Source of the DNA: Rhizophagus irregularis
Lineage: Eukaryota
DNA length: 64,000 bases
Assembly: GCF_026210795.1 (NCBI RefSeq)
Contig: NC_089434.1
Location: forward strand, 4,402,001 to 4,466,000
Direction: 5' to 3'
The notes under the pieces are model-generated. The model saw nothing but the letters and a program-made list of their open reading frames with translations. It made no database searches and was not told the origin of the DNA. The translations under genes were made by a program, and so were the position numbers. Below are positions 10,591 to 23,564 of the stretch, piece after piece. Numbering within the stretch: position 1 is the stretch's first letter; each line of letters opens with the position of its first letter.

Positions 10591-12890
10591 TATGGCAAGC
10601 TGAGTTGGACAGGTGAAAAATCAAGCATGGATTGACAAAATGTTACACTGTACCTGGCATTTTACTTGTTCATGCTTGATGTTCATCTGTCCATGCTTGA
10701 TATTTATCTGTATGGCCAGTACAGCTTGATATTTTTATCTGTTCATGCTTAATGTTTTCATCCATCTGTACTTGATATTTTTGTCAGTCTGTGCTTGATA
10801 TTTTTTGTCCAACTGTGTTTGATTTAATCCAACTACACTTGATAATTTATCTTTGTCAAAAATAGTTTCTTTGTCAGCATAGGGTTGATATTTTGTCGAT
10901 CACATGTTTTTTAAGTTTAGTTAGTTTTAAAATTTTTTTTTTTAAATTTTACATGAATAATTTTTTTTTTATTGGCTTTTTTTTTATAAAACAATTTTTG
11001 TAGAGAATTTTATTTTTAATATAGGCAAAGGCTTTTTTGGTTGAATTTCTTTGGGAATTTTTTTTAATAAAAAGATTTTTTTTGATAAAAAATTTCATTA
11101 GAGGATTTTTTTTCATTGGTAGGGATGGATAATTTCGTTAAAAAATTCTATTTGATAGAAATTTCATTGGAGAATTTTTTTTAATAAGTTTTTTTTTTGA
11201 TATATACCTAATTTGTTAGAACAATTTTTTTTAAGAGATTTTTTTTGATAGAGAATTCTTTGGAAAATTTTTTAATAGGAAAGATTTTTTTTGATAGATA
11301 ATTTCGTTAGAAATTTTTTTACAAGTGAGATTTTTTTTTTGATAGAGAAAATTTCATTAAGAATTTTTTTTTTAATAGGAGTGAGTTTTCCTTGATAAAG
11401 AATTTTTTTTGGGAATTTTTTTTAATAGGTGAAAGTAATTTTTAACAGAGAATTTTATTAGAGAATTTTTTTTTTAATAGGGGAATTGTTTTTGATAGAG
11501 AATTTCATTAAAGAATTTTTCTTTAATTGAAAGATAAATAATTTCGCTGAAAATTTTTTTTTTTTGATAGAAATTTCATTATAGAATTTTTTTTTAATAG
11601 GTAAGATTTTTTTTTAATAGGAGGGGAGTTTTTTTTTTTGATATAGAAATTCTTTTAAATTCTTTTAATTTTTTTTAATAGGCAAGAATTTTTGAATTTT
11701 TTTTAATAGGGAAAATGTGTTTTTTGACGGGAGATTTTTGTTAGAAATTTTCTTTAATAGGGGATATTTTTTTTGATTGAGAATTTTATTAGAGATTTGT
11801 TTGTTGAAAATTTTTTTATTTTGTGATGGAGAGTCTTATTTAGAAATCTTAATAGAAAATTTTATTGAAAATAGTTTTTTCTAATAAGGATATCAAGAAT
11901 TTTGGCTTGAAATTTTTTTTTTAATAAAGAATTTCATTAGAGATCTTTTTTTTTATAAAAAATTGATTGTATTAAAATTTACAATTTTAATAAATTTTAA
12001 TGAATTTTATAAAATAAATAGTTTGCTAGTAGTATATAAAAATTTGCTTAATTTATTATGCTATTTAGGATTCTAACATATTTTTTCTTAATCTTATTAA
12101 TGTATTTTAATACTTTTTTTAATTTTATTCTTAAAAGTTAATATACTTCGCGAAAATTAATGTTTTTATTTCCTAAAAATTAATATTTTTATTATTGATG
12201 TTTTTAAAATTTAATAATTCTTAAAATTAATGATTTTTAAAATTAATGATTTTTAAAATTAATGATAATATAAATAATAAATATGAACAAAAAATGCATG
12301 GTATTTTTTATAAATTTGGATTCCCACTTCTTTAATTAATTATATCATATTCCTGATTCTGGTGGTATCAGAACATTTTACAGAGCTGAAAAATAATCTT
12401 TATTCATAATGCCCCTATTTTTTGGTAGAATGTTCTTTCAGTGAAATGTCTTGTAACTATTTCTGATTAAAGTAAATTGGCGTTACTTGCATTTTCCAAT
12501 CACTTCTTTTCGCCTCCCATCACTCCTTTTCATCTCCCTTCTTTTTGTCTCCCATCACTTCTTTTCATCTCTCATCATGTCATCTTCTATTACTTTTCAT
12601 TACTCCATTGTTATTTCTTTTTTTTTTTTTATTAACATTTATCTCCTTGATCATTGTAATTTACTTATCTTATTTATTTATTATTATTGTTTCTTTTATT
12701 TGTATCACTTCAATAAAAATAAATATGGTAATTTTTTTCTCTAAAATTGTAAATGTGTGACTTAAATTTTAATATTTGCAAATAAAATTTCATTAAATAA
12801 GATTATTTTAAATAAATAAATTTGCAAAAATTTTTTTTTTAAATATCTTTTGCAATAAAATTTTAAGTTTAACTGATCAAAAATTAGATA
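10591..12890 (+). mobile_element. Dispersed satellite-bearing repeat family ('TATGGCAAG' family), copy A
   Basis: Begins tatggcaag, then tgcttgatattt repeats, a T-tract satellite, ccatcact repeats and a conserved 3' block shared with copies near 30.4, 32.6 and 40.1 kb. Confidence 0.75.
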
Positions 12891-13087
12891 CATCTAGTAA
12901 AGCTCTGAACAGTCCCAGTTCAATCGAAAACAAAGCTGAATCCGAACTGAAAATTCAGTTTCAGTTCTAAAAAATTTAATCCAAAATTTTCAGTTCGGTT
13001 TTGGTTCAGTTCAGCTTTTTTTTAATAAGCTGATCCTAAACCAAATAGGGGAACTGAATAAGGCTGATCATATCTATATCTATATTC

Positions 13088-15780
13088 TTTTTTTTTTTTT
13101 TTTTTTGATAAACGTATTTTATTGACTTTATTAGTAATTATAACGCATCATAATATGGCCTGCCGTAAGCACAAAAAGTATATACAAAAGTTATCATTTG
13201 AATATACAAAAATGTATATTCAGATATTAACTTTTGTATATTCAAATAACCACTTTTGTATATTCACATGTATAAAAGTAGTCATTTGAATATACAAAAG
13301 TGGTTATTTGAATATACAAAAGTTATCATTTGAATACACAAAAATTATCATTTGAATATATAACATAAAGTTAATATTTGAATATACAAAAGTTGACATA
13401 TGAATATACAAAAGTTATCATTTAAATATACAAAAGTTATCATTTGAATGTACAAAAGTTATCATTTGAATATATAGTAGATTTTCAAATTAAGCAGTAA
13501 TTTTTTTTTAATTCTAGATTTGGCCAAATTGATAGCATATTGAATTTTGTATATTCAAATGATAACTTTTGTATATTCAGATAACAACTTTTGTATATTC
13601 AAATGACCACTTTAATACATGTGAATATACAAAAGTTGTTATTTGAATATACATTTTTGTATATTCAAATGATTACTTTTGTATATTCAAATAATAACTT
13701 TTGTATATTCAGATAATAACTTTTGTATATACTTTTTGTGCTTACGGCAGGCCATATCATAATACATAATAAATTTTCAAAAACAAAAATACATTGAAAT
13801 TTAACAACATAAAGCTATTAAATCTCTTCATATCAAAGCCAAGGAATTAGTTAACCAGGGCATGATTTTACACAACCAATGATACTATAATACTTCGAGT
13901 AAAATTATGTATTAACTAAACTACTATAACGCTATGCTAATCTATTCTAAACTAACTAATCTGAATACGCTATCCTTTGTTTTATTTACTAAACTAATAT
14001 TTTTTAAATCAATTTTAACTATTTTAACGTGTTTTTTTAATTTTTATTTTTCTTTTCCTTTTTCTCTATTTGTTTTTATTTACCTCCATTGTTTATGCAT
14101 TCTCAACAGAGCGAAATCAGATGTCCCACTTTGTTATTCCCACTCCATTTAAACGTTTGATTTTGAGGCTTTATTCTGACAATTCAATCTTCCAATATGT
14201 TCTTGCAGTTCTCCTTTGTTGTCAATAAAATCAGTTTGTTTCTTTATCCATAATCCATGTACTATGTTGTGTAACTTTATAGATTCGTTGATCGCATCCA
14301 TTAAATCCAATTCTTTATTAAAATACAAAATTATAAATCGTATTCCTTTGACTCTAATAATTTTTCCAAAAAAAGCACGGTAAGTTTTCACAAAATCTTT
14401 TATCACTATCACATTATCACACTGATTATCATTCTCTAATCATTTACTAGCTTGCAATGAAACTTGTCTTTAATCTGTCCATACGACAAATACGAGTCAA
14501 ACATCCTCAGGAAAAAAGTACAGTTCTTGTATATCTTTTCATAATCATTGCTAAAGCGCAGCGTTACCTAAAGGTCTTGTACTTATAACATCGTTTAGTC
14601 CTTATATATTCTACGAAACCCATATTTGCGTTCAATAATCAAAAATTTCCATATCACTCCAATATGCAGGTATATCATAAAATGTGATATCACATGATCT
14701 TAAGGTTGCTTGCTTAAACCTAGGAGTTTAGGCAAGATGGCGTTTTGCCGAAAAGCAAAATTCTGCTGAAACTATATTAAAGTTATATTAAAAAACTGGC
14801 GAAACTTTGGAGAAAAGCGAAACTGCTGAAACTTATTATAAATGCCGAAATTGCCGAAACTCTGCCGAAACTATAATAAATCTATAGTAAAATTTTGATG
14901 AAACTAATCGTAGGATTTTGAAGAGGTTTAGACAAGCAACCTTACATGATCTCTCAGCAAAATGTTTTTCCAGACGATCTTTATCATTATCTCTGATCGC
15001 TCCCAATTTTATCTCATTGACTATTTTGTTATGCTCACGCCCATTTCCTCTTTTTGTTAGGGCATTTTTTTTTTATCTGCACCTTGTTATCCAAATCCAT
15101 ATCTGTCTCTTAACATGGCTTTTCCTCTTTTACTTCTAGTACTTTAATTTTTTCTTATAAAATATTATTTGCTTCACTTTTCTCTAATATAATTCATTCC
15201 TTTGCGATCATGTCAGCTTCTAAATTTCTAATTCTATTTTCCAATTTTGCGATCATCAAGCCATTTATCAAATTACTTTCCGCCAGTTTTTTTTCCAATT
15301 CTTTATTTTTTTCAAAATTTCTGCATTCTGCATTTTGATTTGTTCATATTTAAGCGCAACAACTCTCTCAACATATAATATTGCTTCTATTATATTCTTT
15401 ATAGCTTTTCCCACCCATTTTATTAGGAATAAAGATACAAAATAGTACACTACAGGCACTTTCGTCTCTGGTTTGTTAAAGCATACTGGTATCTTTCCTG
15501 GTTTTGAAACAGTGTTAGCCCTATTAGCTTTTCTTCTAACTCTATATATTCTTCTATTTTCTTGCACTTCATAACGTCTTCTAAGTAATAGTCATAAATA
15601 TTGTAAAAAAGGTCAAAATCCGCTTTCATATATGTCTTCTTGTTGTCGTTAACCCACTTCGTGACCTCTTTGTCGTTTATTTCTGTTGTCATGTCCATAT
15701 TACATGTCTTTAATAATAAAATAAAAAATTATTTTTCTTCATTAAATTTGGTTAAGAGATCGCCGAAAAGAGTTCCCCTC
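13088..15780 (-). mobile_element. Internally deleted LINE-like retroelement (5' UTR and ORF1 start, ORF2 3' end, poly-A tail)
   Basis: Poly-T at 13088-13107 is the poly-A tail. TSD ctatatctatattc at 13074-13087; the second copy starts at 15781 and is split by a MITE. ORF fragments at 15698-14900 and ~14600-14050. Confidence 0.7.
13155..13755. mobile_element. MITE (601 bp) with long TIRs and 8-bp TSD, nested in the LINE tail
   Basis: TIR atggcctgccgtaagcacaaaaagtatatacaaaagttat and its reverse complement. TSD atcataat at 13147-13154 and 13756-13763. Internal ~20-bp repeats tttgaatatacaaaagttatca. Confidence 0.93.
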
Positions 15781-15789
15781 CTATATCTA

Positions 15790-16289
15790 TGTTGTACCTC
15801 AGATCGATTCTTGCCTCAGATTGAAGCTCACGCACCTCACATTGAGATTGTCACCTGACGCATCTCATTTGAATCATTCAATAAAGTCTGTTATAAATAA
15901 ACTTTTTTTCTCATTAATTAAACCACTTTTTGTAACATAAACAAACTTGTGCGCCATAATGAGTTACATGTTTCCTGAAATATTTATGTAAATCCAATTT
16001 ATATTGAAGTTTATATTTGTGTTTTATCTGAAAAATCGTTAAATTTTAAGTCATTTTTCAGATGAAAAGATTTAATGAGTATGATTCCAATTAATCTGAA
16101 ATTATAGGATTGTATACTTAAAATAAGGATAAATAAGTTTACTTAGTACTTAAAAATACATTAAAATTGGAAATTTTGATGTTTAATTATAGCTCATTTT
16201 TATTAGCAATTGAGGTGCGTCAAGATGACAATCTCAATCTGAGGTGCGTGAGCTTCAATCTGAGGCAAGAATCGATCTGAGGCACAACA
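15790..16289. mobile_element. Ginger-like MITE (500 bp; TGT...ACA ends, 4-bp TSD)
   Basis: ~80-bp TIR tgttgtacctcagatcgattcttgcctcagattgaagctcacgcacctca... TSD tcta at 15786-15789 and 16290-16293. Confidence 0.85.
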
Positions 16290-16599
16290 TCTATATTCTA
16301 TATAATTTGCTGATCCATGTTCTTTATAATTAAGACTCGCTTGATTGGCAAGTCATATTGTACTGTACATCTAATTCAATTCCGGTTAATGAAATTTTAA
16401 TCAAAATTGTTTAAATACTTTTTTTTGGTTTTTTTCCAACCAATTTAAATTTTTTTTTCCGTTTTCCTTTTTCAGTTTGGTTTTTTTCTTTCAAACCAAA
16501 TTTTTTTTTCCAAATACATTCTTTCACTATTTAGGTTTGGATCGATGATCAGATCAATGTTGCAGTGCTACTTTTTGTATCAAACTCAATAATAAACTA

Positions 16600-17630
16600 A
16601 TATTTATATAATTAAAAAAATTTGTCTGATGTTTGGATTAGTCTTCATATAAATTGTGTAACTTGAAATCCTATACCATATAATTAAAACCTGTGACATG
16701 CCTCCGCCTGATTTATTTATGATCAAAACTATTCGATTCCTATCAACTAATTCAATTTCAGTTAAATTATTAATTTTTTTGTCCGATTTTTTTTTCAAAT
16801 ATTTTTAATTTTTTTTGGTTCCTTTTAAAAATTTTTCAAACTGAAAATAATTTTTCTCCCTTTTCTTTCAGTTTAGTAGTTTAGTTTTTTTTCAACCTGA
16901 AAAATTTGTTTTTTCTCATTCTTTTCCTGTTTAGGTTTAATTTTTTTCCCAATCTGAAAAAATTATAAATTTTTTTTTATTAAATAAAAAATAAAATATT
17001 TCATTAAATATATTTACAAAATTATTATTTTTTAAAAAAAATCAATATAACATATCAGATATAGGAAAATTTACTGACATTGATAGAAGGATGAGTAAGA
17101 TTTTTCAATTAAATTGAATGCTGGATAAATAGTTTGATTTTTCAAATTCATAAAATCAATTAATTAATTATAAAATATGTAAAAATATCAATTTTTTTTG
17201 AAGAAATTGTTGATTTAATAATAGATTATTATAACCAAATCCATATCCGTAATGCTCTAAATAACTACCAGATTTTTGAATAAAGATTTTAATTCTTGTT
17301 TAGTTAAATTAAGTACCAAAAGAATAATAATAAATAGATTCTAATACATTTATTTATTCAAATATTTTTTTTAAGTTTAAGATTGACGCAATATAAAATA
17401 AGAAATAATAAACAATTATAAAATTTATAATTAATAAAAAATTAATCAAAAAATAAAAGTGTTTGAAAAAATAAGGAGAGTAAAAGGGAATAAAAAAAAC
17501 GAAAGGAGAGGAAGAAATGAAATGGAGCAAAGGGGAGTGAAAGAAACCAAAGGAACGAAAAAGATCAAGTGGGAATGAAAAAATGAAAAGAATGGAGGGG
17601 ACGAAATGGAGCAAAGGAAATAAAAAATAT
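16600..17630 (+). repeat. Dispersed repeat, copy 1 (copy 2 at ~23565-24720)
   Basis: Collinear shared blocks aaaaaatttgtctga, tgtgtaacttgaaatcc, aatcaatataacata.cagatataggaaaa and aagtttaagattgac, followed by a purine-rich tract. Confidence 0.85.
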
Positions 17631-17639
17631 AAATAAATA

Positions 17640-17870
17640 ATTATGTTAGTCTATTATTAAGCTTGATACCGATTAGTGATTCAATGCTTAAAACTGGTTA
17701 GATTGGTCTTAGTATAGTTCTTTTTTGTTTTGTAGATAGTTTATATTTAGTTATAGGGGATTATTAATTATATTAATAATTTTCTAGGTATTTTAATAAT
17801 TATGTAATCTTTGATTCTTAATAAATAAGAAATACGTTACTAGAAATTAAAAAAACAAAAAAACAAAAAA
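17640..17870 (+). mobile_element. Short 3' fragment of a LINE with A-rich tail
   Basis: tagatag...ttagttatag.ggattat...taattttctaggt...cgttacta matches the 3' end of the LINE at 28210-28306 and is followed by an A-rich tail. Confidence 0.65.
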
Positions 17871-20714
17871 TAATAGGGTTTTTTTCCCGAAGGGAAAAAA
17901 TCCTAACATTAATCTTGTCATGAAATAAATGGGTAATCCTCTGGAGCATGTCACTCACTAAAAACTATTTTAAACTAAAATTAGTAATTTTCCGGTTATC
18001 TATAAGAGTCCAGGAAATAAGTCCCTATAAAAAAATTGGATACATTTTTTATAAAGTTTTCATATGATTTTTTTCCTTAGAAATAACGTATCATAATAGG
18101 ATACAGAAAAATTCACAATTCTGTATCACTAAAAATATGGTTTGGATACGGAATTTGCATGGGATTCATATGGAATTTACATGATTTAATCACTGATTTT
18201 ATCACGAAATTTATACAATTTGGTCACTAAATTTACTATTTGTATTACAGTTTACTATAATTGTATTTTCATAAATCTAATTTTACTTTATTAAATTAAA
18301 TAAAAAATAAAAAATAAATAAAATACAAATATACTAGGAAACAGTAACCGTTGGTGCGTCCAAAGCATCATAAATTACATGTTCATAAATTTAAACTGAA
18401 CACTAAAAATATAACACTAAAAATGCTAAAAAAAGTAATAGAATTACTAAAAAATGTCATTTTATTATCATACTTTCATACTTTGTACTGTGTTGCAAAT
18501 TTTTAATTTATTCTCATGATTGTCAAAAAAAAAAATAAAAAGTTAACATTTAATTAAAAAAAATACAAAATGTAAAAATTATGAGTAAAAAAAAAATTAA
18601 TTTATTATTTGAATGCCATAAAAAACTTTTAAGAAATAAGAAAATTTAAATCAGGGATAAAAAAAATTTTTAAATTTAACGTATAAACAGTAGTCATGTG
18701 ACTTTATAAAGATATTTTTAGAATCAGGGGCATAAAGATGCACGTAAACAAATCTAAGGTTACACCTGATCCTTAGATTTTATTGGCCATACACGCGTGC
18801 GGACAGACACCAACATGCATGGTATGGAGTAGAATGGAAGTGTCTCACGCTTACGCTTCGGACAATTATGAAAATTCCTTCCTTATTAAAACCATCTATT
18901 GCAACCAAAATTATCTATAAGTTCAGGTTCATTTGGAGTCAAATAACCTAAAAAAAAAAGAAAGAAATATAAGAACGTCTAACTTAATTGGAAACAAAAT
19001 CCCTCCTCATATTGTATCTGCAATCATCCAAGTACCCAAAGGTTAGCATTCCTACAAAAAAAAAAAGAGAACTCCAGAATGTCTGACCTACATAAAAGAA
19101 AAGAATTATAAAGTGTCTGATGAAAAAGAAACCAAAACAACAAAATAAATCCAAAACTGACCTACAAAAAAAGAAGACTCTGAAGCAACAAAACTGTAAT
19201 AACCTATAAAAAGAAAAGAATCTGAACCCAACTTACAAAAAAAAAAAAGAAAATTTGAACTGACCTAAAAAAAGAAAAAAATCCTGAACCATCCTACAAA
19301 AAGGAAAGGACTCCCAAACTGATCTACAAAAAAGAAAAAAGAAAACTGAATCTTCTCACAAAAAAAAATCTGCTGGCCTATAAAATAAAAAAAGGGATAA
19401 ATATAAATAAAAAAAGAAAAGGGAATAAAGAATAAATCAAAAAAAATATTTTTTTAAAAAGAGGGGTAACGAAGTTAGGAAAGTTAAAAAAAATTTTTTT
19501 TTAAAGGGAGGACGTCAAAGTTAGAATTTATAAAGAGGAAATAGAAATAGAAAGAAGAAAATTTTTTTTAAAAAAAAGAAGAGTGGGAATAAAAGAATAA
19601 AATCAAAAAATTTTTTTTTTAAGAAGTGACGAAAAAAAATTTTTGTTAAGGGAGAGTGACAAAAAAAAAACTTTTTTAAAGTGAGGTATGAAAAAAAAAT
19701 TTTTTTTTTAAAAGGGAGGTGATGAAGAAAATTTTAGAAAAAATAACAAAAATAAGACAAGAGATAAGAGAAAGGAAAGGAAAGACAGAAAGGAAGATCA
19801 GAAGATCAAACTCATTAAAGTAAGGGTTTATCATAACAAATCAATAAACAATCACGTGATCTCATGTTATGGGATTTTTTAAAAAATTCCGTATACATTC
19901 CGCATGATTAATTTTTTTCGTATACATTAGTTTTTTTAAAAAATGTTCAAAAATGAATTGCTTATTAAATATACGGAATTTGTATATGGAATCTATAGAA
20001 ATGTATCCTTTCCATGTACATATTTCTTATAGGGAGTACTCAGCTAATCACTCGCAATTTTTAAGTGACAGGGGATTATTATATGTAAATATGGATAGAC
20101 CAATGGGGCAAAGTTCAATAAATGAGAGTTATAAATAATTTTATTAAAATGCTTCTATTATTCCACGCCTTAAAATTTTAATGGTTCAGCCTCATTAAAA
20201 GGGAATTTTTATTATCCAATTTATTGAATTTTATTGAGTTTTTTAAAGTTGATTTACGACTAAAAAATTTATAAATAACAGTTATCATATTACAATCAAT
20301 GCTAATTGTACCAAGATGGATTGAAAAATATTCATAGGATAAACTTTTCAATTAATAGCAAAAAATCACTATAAATTGGCTAACCATTACAAACCAAATA
20401 GTAAAATTATTACATTTAAAATAAAATATTATGACTTACAAAGTTCGAGTTAAAGACGAAAATTTATATCATACTCTGAAAGAATTTAATTGTTAAACAA
20501 TAATTAAGGGATAAATTCATAATATAATATAAGATATTAAAAAACATATTATTCATAAAATAGAAACTGAGATTTATTCGATTATAGATGAAAATCTTTT
20601 ATTAAATTGTTCTCGTAAATCATAATACATAGATATATAAATTTTATACCGCAAATGAAAATTATAGTCTTTTATTTAAAATGAGTAATTCCCTCAGTAA
20701 TACAATTGAACTAT

Positions 20715-22196
20715 CTATACATTTATATATTTAATTACACCTTCAATCTTAGCTTTATTGATCAGTTTCATATATGAATTAGTTTGATAACTATGAAAAT
20801 CAACTAAATAGATGGAAATTGCAGGTCGTCCTTTCCATTTTTCAAAGAATGCCTTCAAAGTTTCTAAAGAAAACTTAATGCCATGAGGAATTCCTATTTT
20901 TTTTAGATTTGTTGATGCTTCTTTAATTAACGTACTTGATAAGTAATCCCCATATTCTAAATCATCCCACTTTTCATAATATATTTCTTTAAAATATAAA
21001 TATCGTAAATTCTGACATTTTTTAAGTAATTTTTTAAATTCAATAAAGTGATTTTCCAATAATGGGAACATAGGAATTGTTAGATATTCAATTAAAAGAC
21101 AATTTTCATAAATTGTACGAATAAAATTAAGGGAGTCATTATAAATATTACCATAATTCCAGTGAAAAGCAATGACCCTTAATTCTTTAAGACATAAGCT
21201 ATTTTTAACCATGCAAGTAATTTGATAAATATGATGTATAAAACTTATCTCTAGGATCTCAAGGTTACGATAAGCCACCATTTCCAACTTTTTATTGAAA
21301 TCATCGTTATTTAAAAATATAGGAGAATTAATTTCTAATATTTTTAAATTATGAAGTTCTAGGAGTGTATATTGTAGAAATGCATAATTACATTCATTGT
21401 AAATATCGTAATAATCTGAATAATCTTCATACTCATAACGAAGGTTTATATCAAAATGATTAAGAGTATTTGCATGTTTTTTTAATACATTAAAAATTTC
21501 CGCATAAGGATCTTCAAATAATTCCCAATAACTATCTTCATTAAAATCATCTACCCATTTAAAATATTTTAAATTTTTTTGAAATTCAATTAACTTAGTA
21601 GTTCCATTATTAACCTTTACTAAGTTTTTATTAATAATGATGATTCTTTGTATTCGTTGACAAATATGCGCTAATCTGTAAAAATACCTAGGATTAATCA
21701 ATGTGTCACACGTTAATTCACAAAGTGATTCAAGGCAGAACTTTTCTTCTGAAAGATATACTATCTCATAGATACCACGTATTTTCAAATACTTTATTTC
21801 TGGACATTTCTTTATTAATAAACTGTAAATTTCCTCTTGTAAAAGAAATCGATTATATTCTAATGGTGATCCAACGGAAATTATATCATCTATAATTTTT
21901 ATATCGATACTTCTACAGAAAGACAAATAATCAAATGCAAGTGATTGGTTTGAAATTTTAATTTCTTTCTTTGTTAAGAATTCTTTAATATCATTGGATA
22001 AATAAGAAGTAAGAATAGAATATAAAGAACTTTTTTTATGATAATTAATAGCATAGTACCAAGGGTTCCTCCATAAAATTGGAATCACGGTTTCACACCA
22101 AATTCTATTAACCATTAGGCATGAAAAAAGGAATTTTGAATTATTTTGTAATTCCTCAAATATCAAGTAAAGAATATCTCTATTAAGCTTAGACAT
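20715..22196 (-). CDS. F-box domain / LRR (RNI-like) protein, 493 aa
   Basis: Intact ORF. N-terminal F-box-like LNRDILYLIFEEL...LFSCLMVNRIWCETVIPILWRNPW, LxxLxL repeats and C-terminal FFEKWKGR...GVIK. Confidence 0.9.
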   Translation of the reverse strand: MSKLNRDILYLIFEELQNNSKFLFSCLMVNRIWCETVIPILWRNPWYYAINYHKKSSLYSILTSYLSNDIKEFLTKKEIKISNQSLAFDYLSFCRSIDIKIIDDIISVGSPLEYNRFLLQEEIYSLLIKKCPEIKYLKIRGIYEIVYLSEEKFCLESLCELTCDTLINPRYFYRLAHICQRIQRIIIINKNLVKVNNGTTKLIEFQKNLKYFKWVDDFNEDSYWELFEDPYAEIFNVLKKHANTLNHFDINLRYEYEDYSDYYDIYNECNYAFLQYTLLELHNLKILEINSPIFLNNDDFNKKLEMVAYRNLEILEISFIHHIYQITCMVKNSLCLKELRVIAFHWNYGNIYNDSLNFIRTIYENCLLIEYLTIPMFPLLENHFIEFKKLLKKCQNLRYLYFKEIYYEKWDDLEYGDYLSSTLIKEASTNLKKIGIPHGIKFSLETLKAFFEKWKGRPAISIYLVDFHSYQTNSYMKLINKAKIEGVIKYINV

Positions 22197-22274
22197 TTTT
22201 CTTCAAAAAAAGAAAAAAATAATAGGGGAGAAAAAAAACATACGAATTAGAATGAATAAAAAAATGATGTTGCG

Positions 22275-22310
22275 TATTTATACAAAGCTCTGGTGTACGA
22301 CCATAAGGTG
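22275..22310 (-). promoter_or_regulatory. Candidate core promoter (TATAAATA plus CGTACACC) conserved upstream of the three F-box paralogues
   Basis: tatttata...ggtgtacg on the + strand at ~22276-22299, ~30344-30367 and ~38644-38668, about 55-105 bp upstream of each ATG. Confidence 0.55.
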
Positions 22311-22389
22311 TTTCGCCGGAATAGACTTACAATAGTTACACAGTTATGTAGATCACAAACGTGTATCATGTGACCATATGACTTGTCTG

Positions 22390-22637
22390 ATCTTCCCCAG
22401 TATCGCCAGAAAATTTTTTCACCCCACGTGACCCTAAATAATTTGTCACCTGTGTCACATCCCTCCACTTTCTCATTTTTTATAAGTATTCTGGGGACAG
22501 ATTTTTTTCGGTGTCTAAAATCCTATTCATCACACGTTATTCGACACATGGTTAATTTCTTAATTCCAGCCAAATCTCATAATGCCGGCCAAAGTCACGT
22601 GGGGTTGAAAAAATTTTCTGGCAATACTGGGGTAGAT
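22390..22637. mobile_element. Mutator-like MITE (248 bp), 9-bp TSD
   Basis: TIR atcttccccagtatcgccagaaaattttttcaccccacgtgac and near reverse complement. TSD acttgtctg at 22381-22389 and 22638-22646. Confidence 0.9.
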
Positions 22638-22653
22638 ACTTGTCTGTATTTGT

Positions 22654-23193
22654 CACTGAAACCTATTTCGCTGAAGCCATTTTGCTGAAGGGATATTTCA
22701 CCGAAGGGATATTTCACCGAAAGGACGTTCCGCCGAGATACCATTTCACCGAATTACATTTCGTCGAAGCCACTTTATCGAGTGGACATTTCGCCACATT
22801 GAATGCCTAAATAAATCTTTTCTAGAAATTTTAAATTATCTTAAATGTTAAATGTTTTCAGGAAGATAGAGCTATTTATTTATTGCTTAGTAACAATTAA
22901 TATCAGTTACTTGAATGTTAAAGTGATAATATCCTGGAAAAAAAAAATCTCTAAAAATAATTTAATTTTTATTTTCATTGTGTGATGAATATTTTTTATA
23001 AAAATGTTGATCGCTACTATTTTCGGCTAAATGACCATTTAGCGAAATGAGATTTGGTGAAATAGAATTTGGCGAAATGGATGATTCGATGAAATGGATT
23101 TGATAAAATGCACTTCGGTGAAACATTCCTTTGGCGAAATGGCTTCAACGAAATGGTTTCGGTAAAATGGATTTCAGCGAAATGTACCGTAAC
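22654..23193. mobile_element. Foldback-type MITE with ~15-bp subterminal repeats
   Basis: catttcaccgaa-type repeats on the left and inverted ttcggcgaaatg-type repeats on the right, ending gaaatgtaccgtaac. The left terminus is unclear. Confidence 0.7.
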
Positions 23194-23564
23194 ATCATCA
23201 GCCTCAGCCTCAGCATTATCAGTAAAATTTTATTTGTTCATTGTTTATACATATGCACGGTGCACGTTGTTTTTCTCCTTCATTCCCTCTTCTTTTCCCT
23301 CTTCTTTTTTTTCCTTTTCTTTTTTATTTCAAAATATCTTTTCAAAAGAACTAAATATTATGCAATGGCTTATAGTAGGTATTGTTTATAAAGCTGAAAA
23401 TATTTTCCCAACTTTTTTTATATATAATACACGTTTTTTATAAAGAAATTTCATTTACTTTAGCCAAAATAAAATGACATTTATTAAATAAACAAAGTTA
23501 TTTAGCAAGAAGAAAGTACAATGTTAATTTTTACCAAGCTAGTTTGCATATTCATCTATATAAC

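Noticed and set aside
18020..20040. Possible TIR element (tccctataa ... ttataggga)
   Set aside because: The inverted match is short and degenerate, and no TSD could be confirmed.
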